A DNA stretch of 64,000 nucleotides from Callorhinchus milii (GCF_018977255.1 NW_024704743.1:78618001-78682000), one strand, 5' to 3'. Shown: positions 23,919 to 37,526, numbered from the stretch's first letter. A program made the numbers and translations. Notes: generated by a model from the letters alone, not told the origin.

Positions 23919-26628
23919 ATAGGCTGAAGCAATCATAACACAGAGGAGGGAGACACAAAAATTACAGATTGTTATATTTACACCCGGCAAACAAAAAACT
24001 GCACAGGAGAGGTCAACTCTCATTACAAACCAGGAACAAAACCACAATAAGTTACCATTAGAAACAATCCTAGGTTCAGTGTGATAACCTGCTTTTACAA
24101 TATGCAAAACACATCAAGTTTTTACTATTTCAAAAACAATTCGGTCAGTTTACACATTCTTTAATAAAATTTTGGCAACATTCTTTAATTTTTTAACTTC
24201 TTAAGAGATGCAAGGATATGTAATGTTGAATCTGGACTTTAACATACTACCTTTTATTGAAACGATTTCCTATATTTGTATATATGGTATTGAATGATTA
24301 CAATTGTGGGGCTTATGGTTTCAGAGTTTTTTTTATATAAAAGAGCTAATAGGTAACTAACCACCATTTGCGTCATCTGCAAACTGCATCAGCTGGAGGT
24401 AACCTAAAAGCTAATTTTGTCTGACTTGTGGTCAGCACAGATTTCCTCTGTGTTGTGTTTAATACTGGGATCACCACAGGCACCACAAAGATAATACTAT
24501 TTTTCTAGCCAGGGACTTGTTATCAAACTTTTTGCAGCTGTGAAACTAACTGCTGGCTCACCGAGCTTTATGTACACAAAAAAAGTACCCATAAAACAGC
24601 TTCCCACTACTTTGGGTGAACAGAGCGTTTACGTTTTGCACTTTAAGAAAGCTGTTCTACTTTAAACACTTGAAAGATCTCCTGAGGTGCTAAAGGTTGT
24701 GTAAAGTACCTGCAAGTCTGGAAAAAAAAACTTGCATTTTCCACACAACTAGCCATTAATATTCCTTGTATTTGATGTAGCGCCTATAATAATGTCAAAA
24801 GACCTCAAAGCGCTTCACAGGAAATTACTGTTAAGTGTTGTGACTGTGTACTCTATAGGGGAACATGGCATCCGATTTGCGCACAGCAATGTCCCATAGC
24901 CAGCCATGAAGTCAATGACCAATTTTATCCAGAGAATTGATAAACAGGACAACAACTAAACATTTAAAAGGATTTCAAAGGATAGTTACTCTCTGTCCCT
25001 TCATTCTGCACCAAACAGATTGAGGAAAATGGGAATAGAGGAGAAGACAGCAGCAGGAAATTAGTGAGAACTTATATGGTCTGCAACAGCCATCGCTAGT
25101 TATGGTCATGAATAAAATACAAAGCTGTCAATATAAAGCCTCAAGTTAATCACAAGCTCCAATACATTAAAGTTCAGATATGTTTTTAGGAGCAGATAAC
25201 CACGCAATGCTCAAACATTATTATTCACCATTTAGTGGGTTGCCGCATTCAATAGGGGTTAGTTACAAACAGACCTGCAATATGGAACAAGCAAGCCCCT
25301 GAATGTATATTTATTGGAGCATATATCTGCAGAAGGGATAAGACCTGAGCTGTAATTCTAAGGCTACTGCTCTGTCATAAAATGAAGGTTTGATCATTTC
25401 TTCAAATTTCCACTACATGGGTCTATTTACCCAGCCTGCTGGGCCTGTCTTTTTTAAAAAAAACAAGAAAAAGCATCTTTAACTCTAGATCTCCCTGCTA
25501 CCTTTTGTGTCTTTAAGGTTTAACTGCTATATTTGACACACTTTTTTTTCTCCATTGCTTTAGCATAAAGTCATATTTAAAAGTATAGAATGGGTGTTGG
25601 GAGGAGAGGGAAGCAAGCATAAAAACCAATGAGGGCACCGATAACAAAAAACTAATGTAGGCTGCATGCATACGATTAAAGCAGTTTCAGTGGTTACGTT
25701 AAATGAAAGCAAAGTCTGTACAGCGTATGAAAACTTATAAGCTCTAGTCAGATATGGCTCATTTCAATAGGATCAACATTAAGCACTAGAAAATAACTAC
25801 AGTATGCTTAACTATCACAGAAACAGCATCCCATTTGTTCGTAAGTACTGTTACTGTCATGGCACTGTTAGCTTACGACTAAACATCAAATCCACGCTTA
25901 CTCATCATGCCTTATTTGCGCTGTATTGCTTAAAATAGGTTAGCTGGTAATCTGCTATAATTCTTTCTATTTTACTGATTGTACAGTAACTAAGTGTAAT
26001 ACTGAGTGACGGTGCTTATCGCTCCACCCTATAGAAATAAATCTTTTAAAAACCCACAAATCCAATAAATTAAAACTTTTGTTTCCTCTGTGCACTATTA
26101 ATTAAGCACACTCCTCACCAGCAGAAACCACATTAAATCAATCCCCTTTGCAAAAATCCCGTCGCAAAATTTTAGAAAAAGAAATGTTTTTTCTGTCGCC
26201 GACAATGAAGATTTCAACTGGTTGTGCTCTGAAGGTCAAACTATAAGGAGTCAGAGAACATCAGGTATGATTTGGCACGGTTTGGTTCGGTGGGGTGGTG
26301 GGTGGGTGGGGGAGGGGGTGAGAGGGAGAGAAGCGGGAAAGTAATAGGTAAAGCTAAAAGTTAACTACAAGAGAAATACACTTTCATATTTACAGGCCAT
26401 AAAATTCAAAAGAATGCAACTAGTGACATGTTCCTCATTGCTGTTCTTTTTTTTCTCCCCACCAGTCAGTCTTTCCTTTCTTATGAATTTCCCCAGATAA
26501 AATTCATTGAAATAACACGGTGAGATTTCAAGAGAATCATTCTTCTTTTCAAATATACACTGGAATGAAGTAATCTAAGTCGGAGACTTCCTTCTTAACC
26601 TCTGCAAAGCATTTTATATCAAGTTTAT

Positions 26629-27377
26629 TTATGAAAACCTTGGGGCAGAGCGATCATTGGTGATAGTTTTTCTCAGTTTTACACCGCGCCGGATGGCACT
26701 CAACATGTCTTCACCCTGAGGGGTTTCTGCAGCATCCAGAGCAGGCAGCTCGACTGCTGCCTCCGGCTTCTGAAGGCTCAAAGCTGTACCAGTGCAAGAT
26801 TGATCCCCGTCTGTAGCTGCCACTGTGGTGCCTACGATGGACCCTCCGTTTTCCGTTATCTGTTGGCTCATCACAGATGATCTCTCCTCTTCTGTGGGGC
26901 TTATGGTTTGAGATGGCACTGGAGGGATGACGATTACCTGTGTGGCTGAATTCCAGCTGGGCAAAGGCATACCTCCTCTCTTTGGAGACACCGGCTGGTT
27001 TTCTGCAGCTTCAGAAACCTGATCAGGAGACTCATCGGGCCCAGATTGTGCTCCTGACAAGCTGCCAACATCAGGCACAGTTGGTGTTTTAACAGGGATC
27101 ATTGGTGTCTTAATTGGGATGGGCCCTCCTCCCACAGTTCCTCTTCGTACTGATGGTTTAGTTGACGGAGTCCGTCTGATAGTTGCTACTCCTGGCGTGA
27201 CCATCACGGGGCCCGTGTTTGTGGGCAAGCCTGCAGTGGAAGCTGGGCGCTTCGCTTGAAACATCCTGCGATAGGATTGGCTCAGGTCGCTGTTTCGTGG
27301 AATGGTGGAGGACTTGTCAAACTCGGGCTGTTCAATGTCTTGGTCACCACTGACTGAGAAGTAATCATAATCTGAAA
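26629..27377 (-). CDS. MTSS1: MTSS1 terminal coding exon (Pro-rich region, WH2 domain)
   Basis: VSDYDYFSVSGDQ..FDKSSTIPRNSDLSQSYRRMFQAKRPAST...EDMLSAIRRGVKLRKTITNDRSAPRFS*. Confidence 0.96.
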
Positions 27378-28197
27378 CTAAATTACAACAACAAAAAAGG
27401 CTCTGTTGATTTTAGGAAACTTATCAGTTGTAACTGAACATGAATTAATTTAGCAAATATAATGGTACATCACCTAACAGGTAGGTATTCAAATTGGCAA
27501 ATACCATATTAAAATCTGCTACAGTTCTAATACTAAATAAAAGAAACGCCACAGTGTACCCAGTGTCCAATCTCAGCCCTACAGACCAAGTCTAAGGTTT
27601 AGTATCTGGTTTGTGCTTTAGCTGACGTCAGCTGGGACTGCGAAGGGCCACAGTTGCACTCATTACCCCTCAGGTGGGGAAGATGGAGGGGGATGGTAAG
27701 GAGAAATCAAAAACTAAACACCCAGTGTTCAAACTCTTGATTGCTACCAGTGATATGCGTGGATATTTTGCGAGAACAACGTTGAACTGAGCAGCAATCC
27801 TCCCTTGGTAACACTCATTGTCAAGATTCACACATAAATGTTAATAGCTTTGGGCAAAATATACTTTAGGGCAACTAGCACATGTGTAAGCAATGACTGA
27901 ACCTTTGTCCTTCTGGTGCGGGTGACTTGGTGCTGAACCACACACACAGAGCATTTACACACTTGACCATGAGAGGAATTTTACAAAGACATAGATCATG
28001 AGGTTCAGAGGAAGATAACATTTGGCTTATTTGAGCTCTTTCCAGAATTCCCAGTTTACTGACTTCCCATTTCAGCTGTGTTTCATTCTTTCTTCTTCCA
28101 GATCTTAGTGGATAAATATGTTTCTTTTGAACAAGGGGTGGGGATGGAGGGCAAAAGTGTTTTTATAAACCTCCAACAAACAGACATGGTCAGTTAC

Positions 28198-28357
28198 CTT
28201 GAGAAGGAATGGTGTCCTCAGAACAACAAGGTGTGGTAGTCTGGGTGCTGTATCCACTGGAACACTGCAATGAATCTCTGCTACTTCTCTGAGTATCCAA
28301 CTGAAGCCCTCGACTCAAGGCCAATGCCAATTCATCCCGAGCTTCCAGCTCTTCCAC
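28198..28357 (-). CDS. MTSS1: MTSS1 exon
   Basis: VEELEARDELALALSRGLQLDTQRSSRDSLQCSSGYSTQTTTPCCSEDTIPSQ; cag/gtaac; phase 0-1. Confidence 0.96.
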
Positions 28358-29580
28358 CTGTTAATAGACAAAATAAACCGCCACAGTTTTTGCTGATATT
28401 CTTCTGATCCAAAACATATCTAGAACCCAATTACCCGAGCATCTTCGGGCTCAGCTCTGGCTGAGCTGAGAAAAACTCAATTATTCTGAAATTTATAATT
28501 CTGCAAGGCCATTCCTCAAAGATTTACAAACTATACGAAAACCAAATGCATCAGGCACTGCATATCGGAAATCAGTTACACCACAGCATGAAAGTAAACA
28601 ATGCTTTCAATAGTGGACTGCAGACACATAACTCAATTGTTAGCTTAAAAACATCGAGCAAGATACAGAATTGAATGAGATATAAACCGAGACGGATAGA
28701 TACATGGGAAAGAAGGTTATTAATAGAAAACAAATGGCAGTGAAATGAAATTAGAAGTCAAAATCTATTAACATGGCAGAAAATGATGAATGACTTACCT
28801 CGGTTCCTATATGAACAATACCTGGCCCACAATCTACAGGAGATCCCTATTATAACACCTTTGTTATATCACTTTTACAAAACTGGGTTACGGACCTGAC
28901 ATTCGGCAATTTAACTACCAATATGACAATAGTTTGTCCAGCTTCAATATTCAGATTAGTATTGGGGACGGGGGTGGGAGAAAGATCCACATTTGGCTCA
29001 CGTGATGTGAAAAATACCACATGGAATGCAAATTTAAGTGCCCTCCACCCTCCCCAATAACAACAAGATTACATTTATATAACGGCTTTCATGTCGGGAG
29101 GACGTCCCAAGGCGCTCCCAAACCCCCAGCTCGGGTCCAAATCCCTGACTGTCCAACGCTTTGGGACGTCCTTCCAACGTGAAAGGCGTTATACAAATGT
29201 AATTTGGTATCGTACTTTTATCACTCACTACAAGGGAGTTTCTCCGGTTGTTCTGGCCAACAATCCTCCAAATACAATTGGTCTGTCGCTCCATGATTTG
29301 TTGTGGATCAATGCTGTGCGCAAATTGGCTGCCACATTTGCCCAAAAAGTACACAGTCACACTACTTTAGAGTATATTTTGTGACGTGCTTTGAGACGTC
29401 TTGATGACATTAAATACGCTATATCAAATACAAGGATTATTATACATTTAATATCACTTTTAACCATTTAAAAGGAAGCTATCTGGAAGATTGAATATAC
29501 CTCAACAATGAGCATCAAGTTTATTTCACTAACATTAAGGTTGCTCTAGCTTAATCTAGTACATGGAATACAGTCATTAC

Positions 29581-29754
29581 CCTCGCTGGAGTTGTGGTGG
29601 TTATACTTCTAGGTCTCTGAGCCTCTTCCGATTGCACGCTCTGGATAGCCGTTGCTGCAGCCTTGGCATCAGCATCTCGTCTCTGCTCTGAGTCTTTACG
29701 CCTTTGCAAGGTATTGACCCCAGTCTGATCATAAGGACCTGGCCTTGCCCAGTC
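29581..29754 (-). CDS. MTSS1: MTSS1 exon
   Basis: DWARPGPYDQTGVNTLQRRK...EEAQRPRSITTTTPAR; 174 nt, phase 0-0. Confidence 0.94.
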
Positions 29755-31478
29755 CTAATTGAAACACATCAAAGTATTTTAAAATCTCAGCTGACTTGTT
29801 TCCACAAGCAATAAAATACGGCAGTTTAACCACAGAATTCCCCTGATTCCTGATCTTCGCTGCTCAAGGTAAATTCCGAGTGCAAACCATTCACTTTCCC
29901 CCTGGACGTATATATGTGCATAAATAAAACACAAGAGAGAGAGTCACTCAAGGACCACAGTTACCTCTTTTGTTAGACTAAACTGTGCTTTGGCAGATCC
30001 ATCAGGTTCCCTAACTGGCTTCATCAGCAAGGAATGATCCTAGCATAGTTGTGGTTTACAGGGAGAAAAGATGAAATAAATAAGGGAATAAACTAAATAT
30101 TAACAACACACAATTAGAATAAAAAGCAAGTACAAAGAGAATGATCTTCACCAATTTCTTGTTTGGTATATGTTAGTGGGAACGCTTTCTCATCCAATCA
30201 TGCTGTTTTCATTTTCACTCAAGAACAAAGATTATCTGGGCTTAACAATCAATGGCTCTGCAGTCAGGCCCCCACTTAATGCACTGGAGCTGGCCAATGT
30301 TGGGTGCAAGAGAGCAATTCTGAGACAATCCCGACATCCATTTGGTCCCTCCCCAAACAGACGCAGTTGACAGACATTGGATATTTGCAATGAGAGGGAG
30401 TGAACGTGCATTACATCACTTCAACGTTCCATTTGGTGTATGTGTTGCGCCGCTAGTAAAGACTAGTGTTGTTAACGAAAACATTTTTTTTGATGAAGAT
30501 TGAAAATCAATCAAAGTTCAAAGGAATATTAGGGCTTTGCACTTGCAGGATTAAGGACCTAAACACCTCCAAGTACCAATGTCAAGCAGGACAGACTGGC
30601 CAAGCAATAACAATGTGTTGGATTGGATTAATGCAGATCTGAAAGGCTTCACCAGCCACATCATCCCCAGATGTCAGTTCAAATCCAAGCAGGCCCCTTC
30701 CCCTCCTTAGCCCGAGGATATTTTCAATTAGACACAATACTAATTTCTTCAAGCTTGAAAGGCAGAAGGGCTGAGCAAACCCTATGATGATTCAAACCAG
30801 AAACGTTTGAGCTAAGCTTCCTAAGATGCTCAAACTAAAAGAATGAAACAATAATCATGCAAAAAAAAGGCAATATTAAAACTCGTTTGCACTGTTCAGT
30901 GAGAACCTCAATTTAAATGGTTATTTATCCTTTATAATTGGGAAAAGCACCAAACAGACAATGATCAAAAGTCAGGTAGTTTGTGAATCGAGCTATTGCA
31001 TTGAACTTTTTTCCCAATTTAATGTTAGGCAGCTGCCAACAGGTAGTTTTAGTTCAATCAAACAGCAGTACCATTCATCCTTTTCAACTCGCTTAATTCT
31101 GACAAACATCACAAAATTAATGCAAAATCAAGCAGTGATATATCTGCAAACCACATAGTTTGTGCAACAAATATATAAGTTTAAAAATGATTTGTTACAC
31201 ACCAACAATTATACTAACTCTGCAGAGATTTGGACCACTCTGGGCAGTTTGGTTCAGTGCATTACTATACACTGTAGTTACCCATTGAGTAAACTTACAT
31301 GCAAACATACTGTAAATTCATTATATACTGAATAGTCTGCCTTTAAAGGTTTATTGTAATTTATTTGACATTTGTTGAGATTCTTTTAGACAAAAGAAGG
31401 CTTTTCTGTAATAAAATTTCAGATTAAAAACGTCACATATTTTCAAATACTGCTGAAAAATAATAAAAAAACACAAAC

Positions 31479-31673
31479 CTTCCAGCTAGGAACCCTTGAT
31501 GAAGGAAACATGCCAGGACCAATGGTATAATAATGAGGATAATCTGGGAGAACAGCTGAATTAGGTCTGGAATAGGGTCGGGAGGAGGACTGAAAATGTG
31601 GGAGAAAACGAGTACCAACTGAAGCAAGGAATGGTTCGCTAGATGAACTGAAGTGATCGAACCCATTGGTCAA
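31479..31673 (-). CDS. MTSS1: MTSS1 alternative exon (exon 12-type)
   Basis: LTNGFDHFS...LPDYPHYYTIGPGMFPSSRVPSWK; 195 nt, phase 0-0. Confidence 0.92.
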
Positions 31674-33464
31674 CTGCAAATCAAAAAGCAAAACAAAAAC
31701 ACAAATGGAGAAATTAATAAAATGATGATGATGGCGGTGAAGAATGTCACGGCAACAACTAGACAAAAAAAAGGTTTAGGAACAGTTATCTACTGAGCTG
31801 GAAAAGTCTTCACAACCTGCAATAAATGTGCAGTCTGAAGTCAAATGTACCAGATGCCGCGCTTCAATATTAGACATTTCCTTTATAAAGAAAGTTTGCA
31901 TGCGTCTTATTAATCTGAAAGCAATGCTGTCACTCAAAGCTAAGTAACACCAACTTGCAGTCTTCCCTTCAATGCTAAGAATGAACCACGCAATACAAGA
32001 AAATGGGGACAACAACAAGAAGATTACATTTGTATAGCGCCTTTCACGTCGGGAGGAATGGGGACATTTCTGTAATTAATTTGATCGTAGTGTCAATGAA
32101 TCTGTGTTATACCAAGTTCCCTTCAATTGCTTCTCCCATTATTTATTTCAAAGACTCACAGGAGGCAAAGCTGCAGTACCCTACAAGTATACAATTTTCA
32201 TTCTTCCCCCAGCTAAACGCAGTCTGCCACCTTGAAGTCATTAATTATGTATTGTGCATTTTTATTAGAAGTTTTGGTTAAAGCAAGCAACTGTTTTTTT
32301 CCTTCCTGCCCAATTTTTCTGCTCCTCTCTTCAGAGCAGTAAATTGCCAAGGTGTCAGTTCCACAGAGACCAGCAATCCTCATCTCCCCTCCCCCCCATT
32401 CTTTAATATGTGAGCATTGAACAGCCCTCCCTCCCCATTACCAATGGGCCTCAGCAATCTTGCTTTCTCTCAACATTTCTGCACTACAGGTAGTTGATCA
32501 AGCTGGCTTCCAATATTGTTCCTTCTCCTTTTCTTCCTCTCCAGCAGAAAGTAGTGATTAGAATCCAGGTTTAACCCAGTGTCAATAAACTGAAGAGCCC
32601 AATAGGTTTACTCTTTCTCCCTGGGCTTTGCGACAACTGCTTTTGAGAATGAATGAAATCAGAACTTCACTGCTTAGCAAATTAACACATGAAACCACCG
32701 CAAAGGACAGCCTACTGCAGCATTCCACATCAATGGTTGGAGTTACAGCTCTGGACATAAAGCTGAGGTACCCTGACCAATGCAGAAAAGTGTCACCAAG
32801 CTATTTATTTGACCCTAATTTTTAGGAGGAGGCAAGGAGGCAAAAAAGAATATATACAAGGTATATCTGGTTGTCACTCAAAGCTCACATATCTGGAGTT
32901 TCCAGTACAGAACATTGATATTTTTATGATCAGAAACTGAATCAAACAGCAGAAAATGGCCCAGAAGCCCATCAATATAACTCCTGAAACAATTCATTCT
33001 CCCCTCCATTTGGAGTGGGAACTAAGGCTACCTCACGCCCCTCTTTCTTTTTCTCTGTAACCTAAGAGGTGCTGAGGCTAAGACACTGATTGCCACTCTG
33101 AGAGAAGCTAACTCCACATAGTTGAGTACCATATGATATATTCACCCACTAAACTCTGTATTTTCTCACTGAGCCTCTGGAGGAGCTGGCAGGCAATGTT
33201 CTTTCTGATCTTAACTTCAAAGGATTGCAGAATGCTCCGATTCCCAATTTTACATACGGGGGGGTGGGGGGAGATAGAAGAGAAGGGAGAAAAACAGTCC
33301 TTGAAAATCACAAGGTTACTTTAAAAACCCAAATACAGATTCAGTGAAGACGAACATTTGAAAAGTTGAAACTAGCTCGAGTAACAATAATCTGCATATA
33401 TCCTGTGATCCAGGTTTTGAAGCTTCACAGGCAAGGAGACGGACAAGGCGAGCAAAATGATCAC

Positions 33465-33584
33465 CTTTTCTGTTGATGCCCAGGCCCCCATGGTAGACCC
33501 TGAGCTTACTGAAGTGGGGGAACTGCACTCGCTCACTGACTGGCATGTCTCAGACGCTTCAGAAGAGGCAGAGCTCGATGAATT
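33465..33584 (-). CDS. MTSS1: MTSS1 alternative exon (exon 12a-type, Ser-rich)
   Basis: NSSSSASSEASETCQSVSECSSPTSVSSGSTMGAWASTEK; 120 nt, phase 0-0; cag/gtgat. Confidence 0.88.
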
Positions 33585-35363
33585 CTGCAGCACACCAATA
33601 TTTTGTGGAAGGTTGTTTAGGGAGGGGGAAGGGGAGGAAGAAAAGAGAGAAAAGCAAAAAGCAGGAAGGAGGGGGGAAAGAAGAAGCACAGGATTAGGGC
33701 CATTATAACAACGTGCTTTAAAAAGCAGCTAACACCAACAAATCACTTCAAGGATAAAAAGGCAGGAAAGAACTGAACTGCGCTAATGCACAACATGGAA
33801 TGGCTTGGGACACAACCAATGTAATATTCTGATGAGAAATCTGATTTAATGAAAGCAAAACAATGAATGCAGTGAGAGCCTGGTTAATGGGGGGAAAACA
33901 ACAGCATATTTGTTAGTTATTAACCATCATTGATGCACTGATTAAACTTGGCATTCCTGCTTCTGCTTCCACCCAAGCCAGTGACAGCATAGAAAATGAA
34001 TAAACATGTCTACGCTGTAAAGAAGATGCACAATAGAAGCTAAATGTGAGATTAAAGTTTATACTTCACAATTTTTTTTATTTAAATGAATAATCGGCTA
34101 ATGCTGGAGTAAACCATTTAAGATTTTTTTCCCACACAGTACAATATTTGAAATACTTCCCCTGCATAGGTCGAAACATTTCTAATGTTATTCTAAATGA
34201 ATTGCCATACAATTTTTTTCTGTCTCGTGAAGGCATTTGTTGTACCGAGGCATAGTTAAGTACGCACTGACATCCATTCCTCATTTGAATCTAGATTTGG
34301 GGCAGTGACTAGTAAACACAACTTTTTTTTATAAAAAAATGAAATTTCAAATACTATTTTCAAATACTGACAATGGGGACAACTACAAAATTAGCAAAAT
34401 GTAATTTCAAACAAGACAATGATGTGCAGAACTGCTACTCCTGGATCCCTCAGATCTGCTTCAATCTTCATATTCAATCGTCGACCAAGATCTCTTTCCT
34501 CCAATCTCCACAATGTGACCAGTTGATGTCCCCATCAACCACCCAACTTCAAAACGTCATCAATACTTTCACCAATGAGACTAAATTACTCAAAAGCTCC
34601 CCGAGCCAACTTCCCAAGCTCAGTCCTTCATAACCTCCAACTCAAGGCTTTGCAACTCGTATCCCCTCCCACTCCAGGCTCCACATGCACTGTCCTCAAC
34701 TGGCTCCCAGAACTCCATAGATCAACATCAAGATGCTTGTGCTGACTTTCAATTCCCTTCATGATCATGCGCCATTGTACCTCTGCAATCACTTCAAACC
34801 ATACAAGACAAGTAAGGAACTCTCTCCCAAAATCCCTTTGCTTCGAGCCTTCTCACCCCAGTCTTAAAATCCTCTTAAAAACAGATCTCTACATTCGTCC
34901 CTTTGGTCAAAACCTTGAAACTCCCCTAATTCCCTCCCTTGATATGCTTTAAGACACTTATCTATATGAAACCTACTATACAAGTACAAATTACTGTTGC
35001 AGTTTTATGTTATCACTGTTCCTTTAGGAGGAAAGTTGTCAACTTTGAGAAATTATACATTCAAATTATCCAATTTGCCGAATTGTTTTAAATGATTACC
35101 AGCTAAACACTACATTTACTGTACTAAATTAAGCATGCAGCACCATACTCTTTTGTTTTAATCAATTTTCTATCGTACTACAAAAACATTTCACATCTTT
35201 CCCATTGATGAAACTGGTTTTCAAAACTGAAACAGTTTCCTCTTTCAAGTCAAATTCATCTGTATCTATCAACTCTCTTAAAAATCCAAGACTGTCCAAT
35301 GTTTAATATTCCTGTGATTGGGGAAGCCCTTCCAGCATTTCTCTTGGTCAGGGAAGAAAGAAA

Positions 35364-35687
35364 ATAATAATATAATAATAATCCTTGCATTTGATATAGC
35401 GCTTTTCACGTCGGGAGGACGTCCCAAAGCGCTTCACAGAACACACTGTAAAGTGAATTGACTGTATATTTGTGGGCGAACGCAGCAGCCAATTGCGCAC
35501 AGCAATGTCCCACAAACAGTCGTAGATTGAAAATGACCAATTTATTATTGTTTTTGGTTTTGGAGGGATTATTATTAGGCTCTGTGTGGAGTAAAGAAAC
35601 TTGCCCAAGGTTTCGCCCTCTGCCTGGAATTGAACTCAGGTCTCTCACTTGCAAAGCGAGTGCTCTAACCACTGAGCTACAGGACTC
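35364..35687 (-). mobile_element. Full-length young SINE (ACAGAG variant)
   Basis: Reverse complement near-identical to 38269-38588. Confidence 0.92.
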
Positions 35688-35694
35688 CAAGAAG

Positions 35695-35788
35695 AAAAAG
35701 CAAGTTCCTGGGCACTCAATGTTTAGCAAGCCAGCTATTTATATCATCCTTTACAGCATTCTTTTACAAAGCCGCTGGTAGCTTAAAC
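35695..35788. repeat. Direct repeat copy A (partner 36569-36662)
   Basis: 94-bp ungapped match, about 10 mismatches by hand count. Confidence 0.85.
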
Positions 35789-36209
35789 CTAGAGTTGATC
35801 CTTCTTTACTTCTGGCTTCCCGTCTCTGAGCTGATCTCGCTCACCTGTCTCCACTTTAAATTGACACTAACTACCATGGTCATTGCCATTTCTGACTCGT
35901 TCCTTCCAAAATTTCAAAACTCGTACCTAATTTCCTTTACTCCTCCTTTTGGTGAAATCAAGGTTCGCGAAACCATCCTGTGACTAACTCATTCTTCTGT
36001 TGGACTTCAAGATGATAGAACTCCTTACTTTCTCAAGATTTCCTGTCTTCCAATAAACTAAGAACTTTTAAATCCCCAAGATTTACATCACCTAACCATT
36101 ATTAGATTAAACACTTGCAATTCTCAGTGCGAAAAAGAGTCACGATAGTAATAATTCTAGTTTCAGCACACTAAAATAGTGACTTGACTGAGTGTGCAAT
36201 TTCACATAC

Positions 36210-36420
36210 CTGATTAGTTCCTTCTGGTGGCATCGGCGATGGAGATTTTGACTGGAACGCATCCTGAGATATGAAGCCCGAGTCGTGCGAGGATACACTG
36301 GAAAGCCTCACAGGAACCTGTTGGGGCTGGTTGGAGCTGCGATAGCGATAGTGTGAAGTAGGTGAGTGAGAGTGGGATCCACTGGATCTTGAGTCACTAC
36401 TGTTAACGCTGTTCAGACTG
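36210..36420 (-). CDS. MTSS1: MTSS1 exon
   Basis: SLNSVNSSDSRSSGSHSHSPTSHYRYRSS...SSHDSGFISQDAFQSKSPSPMPPEGTNQ; phase 2-0. Confidence 0.96.
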
Positions 36421-36568
36421 CTAAGAGAGACAAAAGGGAGGACAGGAAGGGGAAGACCAAGTACAATTAACACTCAGGCTCTACATATTAAAAGCAACAG
36501 CCACTCACTGTCAAGCCACAAAAAAAATCACAAATAAAATTTAAAAGAATAGAATTGGTACAGAAAGA

Positions 36569-36662
36569 AAAAAGCAAGTTCCTGGGCATTCAATATTTAG
36601 CATGCCAGCTGTTTACTTCAGCCTTTACAGTATTCTTTTACAAAGCTGGTGGTAGCTTAAAC
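36569..36662. repeat. Direct repeat copy B
   Basis: Matches 35695-35788. Confidence 0.85.
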
Positions 36663-37526
36663 TGGAAAAGTGTGTGCAATAAATTAACAGCAACGCACTT
36701 AGTAAACTTTTTTTCTTTCTTAGCAAAAGAAAAAAAGTGAATATGACAGTGAATACAAACACATCATGCCAACTACTATGCATTACAGGGAATGGGAGCT
36801 TTTCTTAACAATAACAGAACCAGACACAGAACAGGAAGGTGGACTATCACATTGGGAAACAGCTTTTCCTGGTATTAATTATATAAAGCACTTACTGGAT
36901 TAACCCATGGATTAGTACAACAGCATTTCGGTACAAACAAATTGCAAGATTACCAAGTTTCTAAACGTTGTAGTTTTACAATTTACTCGTTTTACTATTT
37001 TATTACATTCAGCAATAGTCATTTGCAGAATAAAGGGTAGAAGACAAACAAACTGAGAATCTGAAAACTGGCATGAGACATTTAATTCTCAAAAGGTTCA
37101 ATTGAAACCAACTGGAAAAATAAAGCTGACATGAACGAAATACTTTCTGTAACATGCGTACACAGGTATCTTTCCTTACTGAACCTCGCATCACTAAGTT
37201 TACCATAACACATGAATTTAAGGATGTAACTATACATCTTTGCTGCTACAGGTAGGTGACACCGAGAAACTTTCTACAGTAGACGCTACAGTAGAACATT
37301 GCCACAAGCTGCCCCCTTATAAGCCGGCCCCAATGGTTTTAGTGCATGGACCTAGAGTTTTAAAAAAAAATTCCATGAATAAGAACAAATATAAAATTTA
37401 AATCTGTAACTGTACAGTTAGCCCTCAAACTCAGCTAACTATGAAACTATTCCTCAATCTGTGCTATAGAAACAGTGTATGTTGAATGTGTGCACAGTGG
37501 GTTATATAGTTTGCACCTTCACATAC

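Noticed and set aside
33372..33464. ORF continuing past the exon 12a-type donor (VIILLALSV...)
   Set aside because: Intronic read-through beyond a good AAG|GTGATC donor; no support for an alternative terminal exon
35348..35781. Recurrent ORFs such as MTVYLWANAAANCAQQ.. and ..KRFGTSSRREKRYIKCKDYYY
   Set aside because: Chance translations of SINE copies on both strands
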